A stretch of DNA of 64,000 nt from Anolis carolinensis (taxonomy: Eukaryota): NCBI RefSeq assembly GCF_035594765.1, contig NC_085842.1:220111747-220175746 (forward strand), in the 5' to 3' direction. The notes under the pieces are model-generated. The model was given only the letters and a program-made list of their open reading frames with translations. It did no database searches and had not been told where the DNA came from. Shown here one piece after another: positions 62,553 through 64,000 of the stretch; within the stretch, counting starts at the first letter, position 1; each line of letters begins with the position of its first letter. Both the position numbers and the translations under genes were made by a program.

Positions 62553-63744
62553 ATGGACTGACTGAAGAGGACTCATCTTAGGAGGTTTTTCTTCAGATAA
62601 TACCATCTTGTGTCAGTTTTTCAGACAGATCTCATGAAAATAATAAGTCAAAAATGGATAGCTGTCTTCCATATTTTCCATGAACAGTGCCACAAATAAC
62701 TCATCTAGCTTCTATTATCCATGTGTTCTTTTGGGCCTTGATCTATTAGTTCCACGGATTCCCTGGCTGTCTTTCTACTTCTAATGTGTTTTAAAATGAC
62801 TGAGTTTTAACTGGCTGCTTTTCAAAATCCCCTTTTTAACTAAAAAGATGATTTCTGTTCTTACAGCTAATGTGCCAGAAAGAAATAACTCTTTCAGGTT
62901 ATTTTAAGTGGAGGCATGCTGTCGTTTTTAAAGAGAGATTTAAACTGGTTTGAGAAAATACTCTCATTCCTTACTGAAAGCAGTAAAACTGTGAAGCTTG
63001 GACTACATTTTCCAGCGAACATGGACAATGGTAAGGGATTGTGGAACATCAGAACAGCTAAAGATTCTCTGCCCTGATGGATACGGTAGACATTGAAGTT
63101 GAGATTTAGAGATCTAAGTACTGTGGATACCGAGAGTCTGTGCCTGGTGAGCACAGCTAATTGTCAATGTTCCCAGATGAAAGAAGACTCACCAGCACTG
63201 AATGCAAGGACAGAAGCTTTAATTTCAATCTGCAGAAGGGATGCAATGTGCAGCAAAGAATGCCAAAATGTACAAGCATAACTCATATTGGAGCATGCAA
63301 CCATTCTATAAAGCAAAAGCCCATGCATCAACATTTTCTCTGTTTAATTTTCCCTTCCCTGTCTCTGATTAGCTGAGCATGAAGGCAGAGGGAAGTCTCC
63401 AGGAAGCATGGCCCATATTTGCAGGATTTAAGCTGTAGTTTTGAAGACAATGGATGTCTAGGCATGGAGATGACAGGATTATGTAGATTTAGAGTCCAGG
63501 ATGCCGGGGACAATGGTTGATGATCTTTGAGTCTGGTCCCAGGCGAAGCAAATAATGGGAGATATCCATTGGTGCATTGGAATAATCAATGTCCCATAAC
63601 CAGCTCTTGAGGAAGGACAGTCCTAGTTGGCGAGCAAGAAGCTTATCTGCTGGATGTGTATGTCCATAATGGCAGGATGGTCTGTTTGGGCTGTGTCAGT
63701 TGTCCAGAGTCAATTGTCAGTTGTCGACTGAACAGACACCATAG

Positions 63745-64000
63745 ACCCTCTATGCTGCTATTCTGCACTTTATCTCCTGTCCCACCCCACCTTACCTTTG
63801 GGACACTTGTCCAGGCACTTTACCAAACAATTTAGCTACTATGCACTTTGTTCTTACCCCCCATTTTATCCCTTTGGTGGTGAAACCTGAATTGGAGCTT
63901 TTTAAATAACTTTTCATCTTTTTTATGACTTTATTTGTATATTTGTATAACTGTTGCTTGAACCCATTTTGACTGTCATATTGTTTTGTTATTTTATTGT
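63745..64000 (+). mobile_element. L2 3'UTR, cut by window edge
   Basis: Homologous to 30950-31200. Confidence 0.65.

Noticed and set aside
440-63513. ORF track entries as host protein-coding genes
   Set aside because: All are short (164 aa or less). The recognisable ones are L1, L2, CR1, R4, SINE or MITE-derived; the rest are low-complexity or unrecognisable, and many lack a true ATG start

Overview
Eukaryotic, AT-rich, repeat-dense non-coding DNA from a squamate reptile. The repeat set strongly suggests Anolis carolinensis (my inference from recognising the repeats, not from a database search): Sauria SINEs with (ACCTTT)n tails, an L2-tailed Anolis SINE2-type element, L2, CR1, L1, RTE and R4/Dong LINE fragments, hAT, Tc1-mariner/pogo and Harbinger-type MITEs, solo LTRs and a Helitron. 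I recognise no intact host gene, rRNA, tRNA or CRISPR array. The ORFs I can identify are decayed retroelement fragments; the rest look like microsatellite or chance ORFs. The window is probably intronic or intergenic, with a few weak candidate exons and one assembly gap (38068-38233). Best leads: (1) two divergent LTRs each carry an open frame from the LTR start encoding an acidic linker plus a shared (L/V)RRSxR(L/I)A motif, followed by the same TTCCCNNGGGAA palindrome; (2) a composite non-autonomous Helitron inserted precisely at A|T in an L1 ORF2; (3) multi-level TE nests with intact target-site duplications (TSDs); (4) two foldbacks not fully explained by transposon TIRs; (5) a tandem R4/Dong array in TAA microsatellites. 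Family names come from recall and should be confirmed with RepeatMasker/Dfam.
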